Notes under the pieces: model-generated
The model's database searches: none
The model's input: the letters and a program-made list of their open reading frames with translations, nothing else
What the model was told of the DNA's origin: nothing
Program-made: the position numbers and the translations under genes
Shown: positions 11,961 to 24,195 of the stretch, one piece after another
Layout of the letters: every line of letters starts with the position of its first letter
Position numbering within the stretch: position 1 is the stretch's first letter
Assembly: GCA_032718475.1 (NCBI GenBank)
Contig: JAUCBJ010007345.1
Coordinates: 30,294 to 94,293 of the forward strand
From: Nemertoderma westbladi
Taxonomy: Eukaryota > Animalia > Xenacoelomorpha
DNA length: 64,000 nt
Direction: 5' to 3'

Positions 11961-12914
11961 AGTTTATGCGATTATTCGCAATATTCATACCCCCAAGTTT
12001 ATTCCTATAGTAATTGTGCTTGTTATACATACTGTTATAGTTAAATTAACCCCGGTACTACATCAGGGCTGCTTGGCGTAGGTAAAGACTGGAGATTTTG
12101 TGCTCTGGTCACTCCGGCAGATACCGTGGTTCCTTTAGCTGTCTGTTCAAGTATTTTTAACTGCTGGTTATTTGTTATACAAGTACTTGTACCTAATTTA
12201 GGGTTTAGTGTACAGTGCTTTCCGAAAGTAATTAGTGTGTAGGCAGTATATTTGTGTTGTAAAGTGGTTAATAGGCACGTTAGCTCTGGTAGGCTGCGGT
12301 AATTAACTTCTAGGTAGGGACACTCCGTGAAACATAACGTAGTAGTACTTATAGCGATACGGCTATAAGTCGTCAGACGGTGGTATTTTTCCTATCTGGA
12401 CAACGCACTATATTTACTACTGCTTATTATTTTCAAATACCGTAGTATCCTGTCCGTTGTAATAACCAGATATTCTAACCCTTTGTTAGGCTGGTTTGTA
12501 GACTTCTTGTAAAATTACCCTAAAAATTCATACCGTACTCGTAATTTTTTGTGTTTATTTAGAGATTGTAATCTCACCCCGAAATTGTACATAATTTGTA
12601 GTAATAAGTAACTTAGGCAAGTAGAAATTATTTGTTTTAGTGTCCAATAAGTAGCACTTCACTGAGAGCACACAGCTTCTGTGTAGTGACTCCTTCCTAG
12701 AAATAATAACATTATTTCAAACATTGAAACAAAACCCATTAAACGGGTATATATATTATAAATCAATTCAAACCGATTTATAAAATAGTAGGCCTGTCAT
12801 ATAACAATTAGGTCTTAACATCAGTTGGACTACTGCTTAAATAACGGTAATAAAGTAAAGTAAAGTAACCAAGTAACCCTTAAAATTCAGAAATACAATT
12901 ATTCTAAAATAATT

Positions 12915-13170
12915 GACATACCGGTATTTACAATAGGCTTATAATATTTATTCTATAAATCTAAGCTGAAATTATATACCGGTATTCTGTAATTAATTCT
13001 AGTTTATAATTATACTTATATACTATAAGTGTGAGCTGTATACCGGTATTCACGATAGGCTTATTATATATTTCTATATATCTATGCTGAAATTATATAC
13101 CGGTATTCTGTGACAAACCTAGTCTGTAATAATACTTATATATGCTATAAGTGTATACCGGTATTCTGAT
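12915..13170. repeat. About 120-bp tandem duplication rich in ATACCGGTATT
   Basis: ataccggtatt..taggcttat..ctgaaattatataccggtattctgt occurs twice. Confidence 0.8.
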
Positions 13171-13270
13171 ACATTGTATATATATCATTTTACATAGAGT
13201 GACGATATCGGTAATTAATTACTAGGCTAACAGTTGATACTGAATTACTAGACTTACTGTACAAATAAAC

Positions 13271-15590
13271 ATGTCTGATACAAAACAAAATCTATCAGAC
13301 AGTCTTTTAGATACAACCATCTGTGACCCAGACAGGAGTGTGGAACGTGTGAGACCCAAGTTCAACTCACCTCCTACTGTAAGAAAGATCATCCCTCCAG
13401 TAGTAGTATCAGACCCTAGGCTAGTCCAACACCGTAGGTCTATCATCGGCACTCGGGCTCAAGTAAAGCGGGATCAAGAAGCAGCTGTCAAACAGCAGCA
13501 TCCTAGCCAGGAACTTAGTTCTCAGCGGCCCAATAGCTCCAGTAGTTCGGACACTGTAGAGCTGACACCCGAGTGCGGAGAAAAGATGAAAGATACAGTT
13601 TATTCGGATCCCCTTCTCATTCTTCCTGCAGCAGTACTAACTACGGTATTGATTGCGGTGGAGGAACACCAACTTGATTGGGCGAGAGGTAGGAGATCGA
13701 CCAAGGACAGTTATGCGGGATACACCAAGGAGGAACTGAAGTCTATTGTCGAGTCGAAATGGAACTTCCCCAGACCCGGACTCCCGTTTGACTTATCAGA
13801 AGCTACCTGGGAAGACATACACAGGATGGGAGTGACAAAAGACACAATAGATCCAGCTGTCTGGAAGAGGTCAGCAGCGGATATGTACAGGGATTCTTCA
13901 GCTCTTTGGAGCGATTAGAAGAACAACTGTTTTGACAACCCCAAGGACCTCAAGAGCAGGGAGAGCTGCTTTATCAAGTACGAGAAAGAACTCTACGCAT
14001 CAGACTAATCCTATCGGCCTTTCAGGAAGCTTCGAAAAGAAGACAGGACACGTCGTTGCAAGTTGCCGTAAAGACTTGGTTTCAGTGGGTGAGTCTCAAG
14101 GTTCAAGGAACAGCCCAGTGGAAATCGCAGCTGGCTGATCGCTCAGCCCATGGAGAATCAACAGACACTACCTTTTCTCAAGTGGAAAGTGAAGCGACCA
14201 CAGAGAAACCGCATGAGAGGGACGCTATTGACATCTATCTGTCAGACTATCAAAGATTTCTAGGAGATGAAGAGTTGAGGAGACGGCTGGCTGGACTTCG
14301 CCCTAATAGTGAAGGAGCCAAGTTTGTGTTGGACGCAATAGATGCGGAAATGTTAGCTGCGAACCAAGCTAAATTTGATGAAAGCCTCCGCATCGCTAGA
14401 GTCCAAGAAGAACAAGTAAAGAAAAAACGTATAGAAGACAGAAAGATAGCAGCAGCGGCAGTGGCAGCGGCAGAAGCGGAAAGAAAAGCGGCAGAAGCGG
14501 AAAGAAAGGCGGCAGAAGCGGAAAGAAAGGCGGTAGAGGCAGCGGCGGAAGTGGAAAGAAAAGCCGCAGAAGTGGAAAGAAAAGCGGCCGAAGCGGAAAG
14601 AAAGATAGCAGTGGCAGAAGCAGAACGGAGAGCGTCTGAAGAGACCACCCAACTAGAGTTGGAAAATATTCAAGAGAATCAAGACTGCATGAATAAACAG
14701 TTAGCAGCTAGTCAAATGCAGATGATGAGTCGATCTACTCCCAAACGACAGAGATTTACATCCTCTGATGAAGGCGATACCACCAATCCTGAAGGCGGAG
14801 GACATAGATCTCGTCTAAGTAGGCGTAGAAGAACGTCTCACTGTCAGAAATTGCCTAATTTGCCACCGGCCGTTAGAAGACAACTAGCTAGCACAGACTT
14901 AGGTAGTACAGAATTAGGTAGTACAGACCAAATTATTGAAGTAGAAAGACTCCCTACTATAGTGGATGAACCTGAAATAATTAGGCCTGTACTCGAAGCC
15001 ACCCCTTCGGTGAGAGAGACACCTGTACTCACAGAACTTACTTCTAAATTCCCTTTGCACAGCACGAAACTACCTGTGCCCAGCAAAACAACCTCTGAGA
15101 CAGTTCCTGTCCTGGACTCCGAGCGAAATATTAATGATTTGTCGCCCGTTGTTACCCGTCCGCCCGCTACTAGGTTAGCGGCTCCCGCTTCAGCGGGTGA
15201 GTGGGTTGAGGAGGGACGGCGGGAGATGAGCCTCTTGCTCGGCCAGTTGAGAGAACACTGGGCGTGTTCCTCACAGCAGGTCCGGGAGTTGGAAGGGACT
15301 GTTCAGCAGTTAAAGGGAACAGTCAGAGAGAGTAGGTTAGAGTTGCAAGAAGTGCAGCAGAATATCGCGTTAGAATGCGATAAATTGGTAAATATACAAA
15401 AGGGTATCCCACCACCCCCTGTAACAATGTGTCAACCTGTTAGGTCTGAAGTATTTCATGCGCAAGGTGTGGAGCCTACACGCATCTATACTGCTAGTGA
15501 AGTAGAAACTCCTATAGTAAACCCTATTAAGGGTAATTATAAACCTGTTGACAATGATATTCCATATAGACCTGATCATAATCCGAGAAA
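13271..15590 (+). pseudogene. Gag-like N-terminal region with (AEAERKA)n coiled-coil repeats
   Basis: ORFs 13271-13918 and 14056-15648 linked through stops/frameshift; heptad repeats at about 14465-14630; truncated before any conserved domain. Confidence 0.5.
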
Positions 15591-16615
15591 TTTATATACC
15601 GATAACTCGATATTAACACATTCATTAAACTTTCGAATTCCAACATAAAATTGTTTTCTGGGAAGTTAGGGCAGTATGGATACCCATGTATAATACAGGA
15701 ATCGATGTTAAATTCAGCATAATTTAAATCAAAATGGTTAAAATGTAGCAGATTACTGCTTAATTCCCTGTTGAAGTTGGCGTTGGTAAGCATTCCAATC
15801 AAATACTTAGGTAATTTTCCTTGGATTATGTTCGATTCTGTATAACTGGACTGTCCCCCGCCAATAGTGAAGGTTTTCACTTCTTGTTTTAACAAGTTAT
15901 AAATAAAGTCATTTTTTTGTGACCCCAACAAATGCGCGCGCATAACCTCGGCATCAATCCTGTGGCGTTTTATTTTTAAATTAATATTCATGATTTTAAC
16001 TCTTGGGTTTGCCAATCCTGCAGGGGGTCAACTTTAAAAAAAAAAATTATTCAATACTCGGTCTATACGAAGTCAAATGTTAATTCCTGGCGGCAGTAAT
16101 TTGTCCTGACTTGTTAGGTCTAAAAAAATTGGGGCCACAACAAATTTAACATAAATCCCACAAACGCCATTCCCAGTAGCAACAGGTACCCAGCCTAGAT
16201 TATTATCTGTATCCTCATAACCACCAGCTTTTAAAATACCGCTTTTTTCGTTAGCATCTGTCAACAGTAATGTCTGAAATGTAGACTTATAGGCGTAGAA
16301 CCCATTCAAGGTTTCAACTAGCTTTTCATTTAGGTACAACAAACAATTCTCAAACAGCTATCCACCCGGGTAATTGAGATGGTGGAGGGTTGTATCGTCG
16401 TTAGCCCTATCACCGTCCCACATAATTTTATATTTAATGTGAAATTTCGAATTCTTTAAATCAGTATATAGAACATTTGACAGGGGTATAAAGAATTCTA
16501 TTTGCCTGGCATTTGCGTCAAGTGTAGAAATCGGGTAGATATCCAAAAAATGTGAAGATGTGTATTCTCGCTGATTTGTTTTACTCGAGAATAATGATAA
16601 TTCTAATTTACTCAT
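15590..16615 (-). pseudogene. Family B major capsid protein, 3'-truncated
   Basis: MSKLELSLFS..Y..IYP, FYAYKS, LPKYL.GMLTNA.F..NLLHFNHF. Confidence 0.85.
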
Positions 16616-16639
16616 TGTTAAGTTACATGAAAATATCAC

Positions 16640-17149
16640 GACATTTATTATTTCGCTTTTACGTTTGCGGCCAACGTTCATACCCATTCTTGCGTGTCGC
16701 CGTTTCCTGCTCCTCTTTTTTTTACTCTTTGGGTTTGTTAATTCATTGTATACCCGTTGGGCGATTTGGCGTGTCTTTGGATGAGGTTATAACCGTGCAG
16801 CCACTTTATTTATCAAATCATTTGCTTTACTGCGTAAAATACATTTTCCTTTGGGAATTATGTATTTGCGCGCCACTTTTGATGCTTTGGGGAGTGCTTT
16901 AGTTAGCACCTTTCTTCCTAACTTGCACGCTAATATACCGAGGCCAGTTGTTGATATTCTACGCCCACGCTGACGATTTCGGGCGTAACGCTGGCCGAAT
17001 TTATTATTCTTATTATTCCATACACCAGCAGAAAGGCCAGACCCAGGGAGAATTCTTCTACCCTTAAAAACGGGTATATTGCTATAATTCCCACTTCCCA
17101 GTTGGATTTGTGGGGTGCTATATAATTTAAACAAATTAGAATCTGACAT
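16640..17149 (-). pseudogene. Family B pVII-like core protein
   Basis: MSDSNLFKLYSTPQ.QLGSG..PVFKG, homologous to 4943 ORF. Confidence 0.65.
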
Positions 17150-17167
17150 TATTATTATGAGTATTTA

Positions 17168-17848
17168 TTATAACGTATAATAATAATAATTCTTTACTAC
17201 ATACGTATATGTGTAATCAACAAATAATATAAGTACCACATAATAATACAATATAATTAAAAATATATACACATTAATTTGATGACAACCATTTCCCATA
17301 ACCAACCAATTAAAACAAGAATCTCTATCAGAATGGTAGACACAATTTGTTATTGCCGAATAATCATGGAAAAGAAATTTGGTGTCATAATCGACATATT
17401 TTTCATTTATGCCGTACGTTTCTAGAAGTGTTCCATTCACATTAAATTCATTTTTTAAAATAAATAATTTCGGTATTCCACGTATTAATATTTGAAATCC
17501 CAACCGTTTTTTTTCTTGTAACCATTCCTGTATGTACATTTTAAATGCGCTTTGGTCCATAAATCCGTAGTCAAAATTAATGTGATGCGTAATATTGGCA
17601 AGTTGTGTGAGACGATCGTATTCGCCTAAACTTAAAATTTTTGCGGATGGTCCATTAATAAACCATACGTTTTCTAATGATTTTATGGTAGTATTATAAG
17701 CCGCAAACTCTTTAAAATAAATGGTTGCAACGGAGTGTTGGCCGATCTGCGGATGATGCGTCTAATATTGGAAATCTACTATTATTCCTGGGTTTTCCAG
17801 CGTCGGGTAATAATCACACCCGCGGCTGTGACTTAGAAATTTATCCAT
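17168..17848 (-). pseudogene. Family B DEDD-like protein
   Basis: IIVDFQY*..YFKEFA..HH..FDYG; C-terminal CVYH..CF; in-frame stop. Confidence 0.6.
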
Positions 17849-17863
17849 ATAGTTGCTATTACT

Positions 17864-18721
17864 TCAGATAATGATAAATAATAAATAATTTACATCGATT
17901 AAATTATAACTATCCCAGTCAATTCGTATAAAATGAAGAGTCAATATTGAATTTCCATAATGAAAGCGCAACAGATCACCCGAATCCCCAACCAATTTAG
18001 CCAGTATATAGCGTAAATTAGATGTTACTTTAAGTTTTTTATAATATATTTGTTCGACTTCTCTCGTAATGACTTTGCCGTATTCCCCTTCTAATGATAT
18101 GGTGCGCAACAGCTGATTTCGTTATTGTCCACAAATTGAGATTCAACACAATTAAGGTAAATATTTATGTTAGGGTCTAGTATCTCGACTGCGTCAGGAT
18201 GTTTATGGCACTGGTACTTATTATTCCGTGGATTAATTCTAATTAAATTTTACTCTCCGACGTCGGTTTTTACGCACTTGAAATCTAATTTATCAATATC
18301 ATGCTCTATTAATCCTAGGTAACCACCCAAACATTTGCTGACGAATATTTCCCACTGTTTTCCTCTAAAATGGAATAGTTATATCGCCCGACCTCGCTCT
18401 ATTATCAACTATATTAATTTGAGCTTTAATAATGCTTTTGTTGAAGAACTCATTGATTCTTTCTAATGTCAGAAACGACCCTTCCGGGAGAGTGACATCT
18501 CTTGTATCCATTTTTTAATTTTTTATAGCCTTTATATAAATGTTACCATTATCGTGACGAATACTAGATACGTAGGTTGTACTAGTCAAACCTACAAACC
18601 ATTGCCCTCTAGCGATAGGTAAAGGAATTTGTAAATTTGATTGGAATATGCTAGCATTATTACGCGGAAATTATATTGGGTTCGCGTTTGAAGGTAGTAT
18701 GACATAATAACTATTCATCAT
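17864..18721 (-). pseudogene. Family B minor capsid (penton 2 type)
   Basis: YYVILPSNA..FPRNNAS; LLRT..YYK..LVGDSG..F.YGNSILTLHF. Confidence 0.78.
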
Positions 18722-18765
18722 TCTACCAGTATTGTAATTGTGACTGTTTTTTTTAGTTTTTTTTT

Positions 18766-19324
18766 TTAGTCTATACAAAGTCGAATGTTAATACCTGGTG
18801 GCAGTAATTTGTCCTGACTTGTTAGGTCTACAAAAATTGGGGCCACAACGAATTTAACATAATTCCCCCGAATGCCATTCCCAGTAGCGACAGGTACCCC
18901 GCCTAGATTATTATCTGTATCGTCATAACCACCAGTTCTTAAAATACCGCTTTTTTTGTTAGCATCTGTTAACAGTAATGTCTGAAACGTAGACTTATAG
19001 GCGTAGAACCCATTCGAGGTTTCAACTAGCTTTTCATTTAGGTACAACAAACAATTCTATAAACAGCGATCCAGCCGGGTAATTGAGATGGTGGAGGGTT
19101 GTATCGTCATTAACCCTATTACCGTCCCACGTAATTTTATATTTAATGTGAAATTTCGAATTCTTTAAATCAGTATATAGAACATTTGACTGGGGTGTAA
19201 AGAACTCTATTTGCCTGGCATTCGCGTCAAGTGTAGAAATCAGGTAGATATCCAAAAAATGTGAAGATGTGTATTCTTGCTGATTTGTTTTACTTGAGAA
19301 TAATGATAATTCTAATTTACTCAT
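18766..19324 (-). pseudogene. Family B major capsid 5' part, second copy
   Basis: Near-duplicate of about 16060-16615. Confidence 0.85.
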
Positions 19325-19339
19325 TGTTAAGTTACTTGA

Positions 19340-20446
19340 AAATATCACGACATTTATTATTTCGCTTTTTACGTTTGCGACCAATGTTCATCATACCCAC
19401 ACTTGGGTATCGCCGTTTCACGCTCCTCTTGTTTTACTTTTTGGGTTTGTAAATTCATTGTATAGCCGTTGGGCGATTTGGCGTGTCTTTGGATGAAGTT
19501 CTAACCGTGTAGCCACTTTATTTATCAAATCATCTGCTTTACTACGTAAAATACGTAATATACATATTAATTAGTAATACATATTATTCTTATTATTCCA
19601 TACACCAGTAGAAGGGCCAAACCCGGGGAGAATGCTTCCACCCTTAAAAGCGAGTATATCACTATAATTCCCACTTCCCAGTTGGATTTGTAGGGTGCTA
19701 TATAATTTAAACAAATTAGAATCTGACATTATTATTATGAGTATTTATTATAACGTATAATAATAATAATTCTTTACTACATACGTATGTGTAAATCAAC
19801 AAATAATATAAGTACCACATAATAATACAATATAGTTAATAAATATATACACATTAATTTGATGACAACCATTTCCCATAACCAACCGCGAGTTTCATAG
19901 AACAGTAATTAAAACAAGAATCTCTATCGAATGGTAGACACAATTTGTTATTGCTGAATAATCATGGAAAAGACATTTGGTGTCATAATCGTCATATTTT
20001 TCGTTTATGCTGTACGTTTCTAGAAGTGTTCCATTCACATTAAATTCATTTTTTAAAATAAATAATTTCGGTATTCCGTGTATTAATATTTAAAACCCCA
20101 ACCATTTCATTTCTTGTAACCATACCTGTATGTACATTTTAAATGCGCTTTGGTCCATAAATCCGTAGTCAAAATTAATGTGATGCGTAATATTGGCGAG
20201 TTGTGTGAGCTGATTGTATTTACTTAAACTTAAAATTTTTGCGGACGGTCCATTAATAAACCATACGTTTTCTAATGATTTTATGGTAGTATTATAAGCC
20301 GCAAACTCTTTAAAATAAATGGTTGCAACAGAGTGTTGGCCGATCTGCGGATGATGCGTCTAATATTGGAAATCTACTATTATTCCGGGGTTTACCAGCG
20401 TCGGGTAATAATCACGTCCGCGGCTGTGACTTAGAAATATATCCAT
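19340..20446 (-). pseudogene. Family B DEDD-like and internally deleted pVII-like genes, second copy
   Basis: Near-duplicate of 16640-17848 with a deletion near 19560. Confidence 0.75.
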
Positions 20447-20520
20447 ATAGTCGCTATTACTTCAGATAATCAGATAATAATAAATAATAAATAATTTACA
20501 TCGATTAAATTGTGACTATC

Positions 20521-21042
20521 TCAGTCAATTCGTATAAAATGAACTGTCAATATTGAATTTCCATAATGAAAGCGCAACAGATCACCCGAATCCCCAACCA
20601 ATTTAGCCCGTATATAGCTTAAATTAGATGTTACTTTAAGTTTTTTATAATATATTTGTTCGACTTCTCTAGTAGTGACTTCACCGTATTCCCCTTCTAA
20701 TGGTATGGTGCGCAACAGCTGATATTCGCTATTGTCCACAAATTGAGATTCAACACAATTAAGGTGAATATTTATGTTAGGGTCTAGTATCTCGACTGCG
20801 TCAGGATGTTTATGGCACTGGTACTTATTATTCCGTGGATTAATTCTAATTAAATTATAATCTCCAGCGTCGGTTTTTACACACTTGAAACCTAATTTAT
20901 CAATATCGTGCTCTATTAATCCTAGGTAACCACCCAAACGTTTGCTGACGAATATTTCCCATTGTTTTCCTCTAAAATGAATAGTTATATCACCTAACCT
21001 CGCTCTATTATCAACTATATTAATTTGAGCTTTAATAATGCT
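20521..21042 (-). pseudogene. Family B penton 3' part, second copy, cut at 21042
   Basis: Duplicate of about 17915-18437; similarity ends abruptly at AGTAGTAG. Confidence 0.8.
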
Positions 21043-21315
21043 AGTAGTAGGGTAAACAACTTAAATGAAACAGCGTCTGCCATAGTCTACCATGTTAAAG
21101 AATTTACCGAATGGCTCTTGCCCCACCTACTTACTATGACTACCATTGTTACCCCGCCCACTTACTATGGTTACCATTGTGCATATGTAACATATGTCAC
21201 CACTGTGTATATGTGACATATGTGGTATAAGGCCAGTCCACAGACAGAAGTAATTTAATTATATCGCTAAGCAACAAGTTGTGGGGTGAGCCGCAAAGTG
21301 AGTGTAAGGTTATAG
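21043..21315 (+). repeat. Candidate Polinton terminus/TIR starting AGTAGT; related copy at 51745-52185
   Basis: AGTAGTAG exactly at the breakpoint; shared tctgccatagtctac..cccacttactatg blocks. Confidence 0.45.
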
Positions 21316-21393
21316 TATTTATAATATTATTTTTAATTTGATTATTATACTTAAATCCATCACCCTTACTATTTTAAAATTTCTTCCACCACC

Positions 21394-21834
21394 TCACCCA
21401 TTTATCCCGCTATCCTCGCTATCTACATCCTCCACATTATTATGATTACCACCACCACCACCCAACATCTCCAACATTCCCATCAACATCTCAATCCTTT
21501 CTTCCATCGCCTTATCCCGCGCACACCTCTCAGCCTCCCTCGCTCTCCTATCCACCTCAGCCGCCATCTCCAACTCCCAATCTTCCCCCCATGCGCTCTT
21601 GTTTTTCTTCGCCCCTTCCTCCATATAATGCTTTTTTTCTATCACCTCCCACTCATTCCTAGGCTCTAAAAATCTCTCCACCCACGCTTCTTCTTTTTCT
21701 GTCAAATACATTGCTACCAGTATCATTTCGTTCTCATTATCATCTCCATCCTCCGCAATCTCATCATCCTTGATACTCTCATCATCCTCCACAATCTTAT
21801 CCTCCGCAGTCTCATCTTCTCTAACCACATCCAT
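21394..21834 (-). CDS. Acidic hypothetical protein (probable viral accessory gene)
   Basis: Intact ATG-stop ORF, E/D-rich, AT-rich flanks. Confidence 0.55.
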   Translation of the reverse strand: MDVVREDETAEDKIVEDDESIKDDEIAEDGDDNENEMILVAMYLTEKEEAWVERFLEPRNEWEVIEKKHYMEEGAKKNKSAWGEDWELEMAAEVDRRAREAERCARDKAMEERIEMLMGMLEMLGGGGGNHNNVEDVDSEDSGING

Positions 21835-21981
21835 GTATAATAAATAATATGCATAATAATATTAATAACTAACGCTTGTGGTTGTATGTACCACTATAAA
21901 CTATACATAAGATATAATTGCATAATTAACTGCATAGATAATAAACCTAGGTAAAAAGTCTTATATATATAGGACTAAAGT

Positions 21982-22859
21982 CTATTTCGGCACTTTATTG
22001 GGCTCGACCCCGGATAACCATGTCTTTATACGCCACGTAGCCGCTGCCAGCATTTCTTCATATTTAATTTCTATCTCGTCACTCTCGGGTAGTTTAACAA
22101 ATCGGTACAGGACATCGCCCTCAAAGTGTGCATTAGTCACCTTCGCATCTCTGATCTCTTGGGTTTCCTTTTCTTTTAACCCTATCCATACCGGGGGGGG
22201 GACTTTTGGAGACGCACTTTATTTGATTGCTTGGTTCAAAGCCAAACCACATTTATTGCAAGTGAAATTCCGTTACTTTTCCTAAAATTTATTATTCTTT
22301 ATCTTAAAACAAAAATTAATTTTCATATTATTATTTATGACCATGAAAATGACACGTAAACTGACCTGTCTCTGAAATTGTCATATTATTGCTGAACTAT
22401 TGTAGGAGGGAAATTTAAAATTCAATCAATTTAATATAAATTTAAAATCAATTTAAACATAATTATAGGATATAAATATTATATTTGAGCATTAGTGTGT
22501 GGCATATTTGAAAAGAGGAATAAATTTTGTATCTAAAACTTTTTACTTTAAAGTAATATCATCACACCACACAAAGTTATATGCTTCCAAACTTTACGTC
22601 CCCAAAAGTCCCCCCCCCCCCCCCCCCGGTAGTTTGAGCGTCTAAAGTACCCCGGTATGGATAGGGTTAAGTCAGCAATATGCGCTTTGCAAGTGCCGAA
22701 GGATGTTAATAGGGCTGACTTTTTCTCCAGTTTGTTGGAGTTTATTTGCGGATAGTGGCTTGAAGGGAGTACAATAAAATCCCGAGACACAGCCTGGGAT
22801 TTAGTCACCGACCCCTTCAATGGGGTGGCCCAACTACGAATGAAAGGAGGTATCGACAT
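21982..22859 (-). pseudogene. 128-aa hypothetical gene interrupted by piggyBac-like MITE
   Basis: Removing 22180-22670 restores one frame: MSIPPF...KAHIADL|KEKETQEI...NKVPK*. Confidence 0.7.
22180..22666. mobile_element. piggyBac-like MITE
   Basis: TTAA TSD (22176-22179, 22667-22670); 17-bp TIR CCCTATCCATACCGGGG; subterminal poly-G/poly-C inverted repeat. Confidence 0.9.
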
Positions 22860-23101
22860 TGTCACCTGTTGGTTGGTTATTCTACCCAACTCCACCTTAC
22901 TCTTGACAGGAAGTATAATAATAATAATAAATACTGGTAAATGCATGTATAATAAATAAATAAATAAATATATATAACATTTTAATGATATTTATTTCAA
23001 TCGATAATTCATTATACCCACAAATAATAATTTAACCGTTACCGTGACACCGACCAGAAACATGGTCTATTTATATAATAAAGTTTCTACCACTCAAAGA
23101 T

Positions 23102-23533
23102 TCACACTGAATGTTTATTCTTCTTTATTTGAAGTTGCCCATTAGTCTCGATTTCATTGAAAATGTCTTCACCATCATCCGTATCATTGACGATGTCCTC
23201 TTCAAAGTCGCAGATATCTTCATACGCATAGCTATGTGTTTTATTCACGATGAGATAAATTTTTCGCTTAAGCGCTTGTTCTTTCATGGCTTGAGGTGTT
23301 TTCATCTTCATCAGAGCGCTCACACCCCCAACAAGGGTATCAATATCCTTATAATCATTCTTTTTTACAGCGCTGTCTACCCGTTCATTTTCTGCAATCG
23401 CGGGCAACCAGATTTTTTTCTCATCCATTTCTTAGCAGTGACTTTTACTGCTTCGTACGTCTTCAGCTGACTAGCGTTGTTCGGCATTTCCACTTTCATT
23501 AGATCCTCGTCCGCTAATTCATCAAACGCAGCC
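23102..23533 (-). pseudogene. Hypothetical gene, 5' end cut by LTR element
   Basis: ORF 23102-23428 extends upstream via frameshift (AAFDELADEDLMKVE) to the TGT at 23534. Confidence 0.5.
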
Positions 23534-24195
23534 TGTTAGCGTATTCAATTCCGCTAGCCAGCCCCACAAAGTAGGCTTTAAGCAATATTGGGAGCACGAG
23601 GTTGATTACCAATCAACCTCGTGTCACCCCAATAAACGGGGACAACAGGCCCCAGGGGAACACACACACAGCTGGGGTCAGAGGTTACACCTCCGGGAGA
23701 GAGAGAATAACAGCAGTGGAGGGGAAACACTCCCAGAGAGATGGGAGGCGAGAAGTGAGTTATTAGCCAATGGGGGGAAAGCATCGACTGAGTAATGTAA
23801 TGCAGCCAACGGTGCAATATATATTATCATTTGTTGCGCCAATTCATTCACTTCAGTAAGTCAGTTAGTTAGGACAGTACCAGAACTCTAATCACCATCT
23901 CCACCTACTGTCAGCAATATTAAGCCATTTTAGCGGTACACTTCAGAAACATTCACTTTAACTGTGCTATATCTTATCTGATTATATCATACCCTTATGT
24001 TTATATACATCGATCAATCAACAACCAGAACTCTTTTCACATACACACACGGTGGGGACGCGTAGATTAGACACCGGATAAATCGGGATTCTCGGATCCC
24101 GTCACAGTGATTAGAGCCAACAACTGCCCTGAGTAATTAGATCCGAGCAGCTGCCCTAGTAATTAGAACCCAAACACTAGCTGACAGTCAAAGCA

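Larger units (their letters stand above)
10331..15590 (+). mobile_element. Partial LTR retrotransposon: 3' part of 5' LTR (to about 11087), long leader, degenerate gag-like ORF1
   Basis: About 10345-11087 is homologous in reverse to the LTR at 60740-61972; followed by about 2.2 kb leader and a long low-complexity ORF; boundaries approximate. Confidence 0.65.
15590..21042 (-). mobile_element. Polinton/Maverick family B block present as two tandem copies (penton, DEDD-like, pVII-like, MCP)
   Basis: About 16060-18437 and 18766-21042 are highly similar; motifs homologous to family A structural genes. Confidence 0.88.

Noticed and set aside
14250-14652. Ala/Ser- and Phe/Arg/Cys-rich minus-strand ORFs
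   Set aside because: Antisense shadows of the AEAERK repeat
15590-15648. Gag-capsid fusion or overlapping gene
   Set aside because: The ORF only reads into antisense MCP sequence across a rearrangement junction
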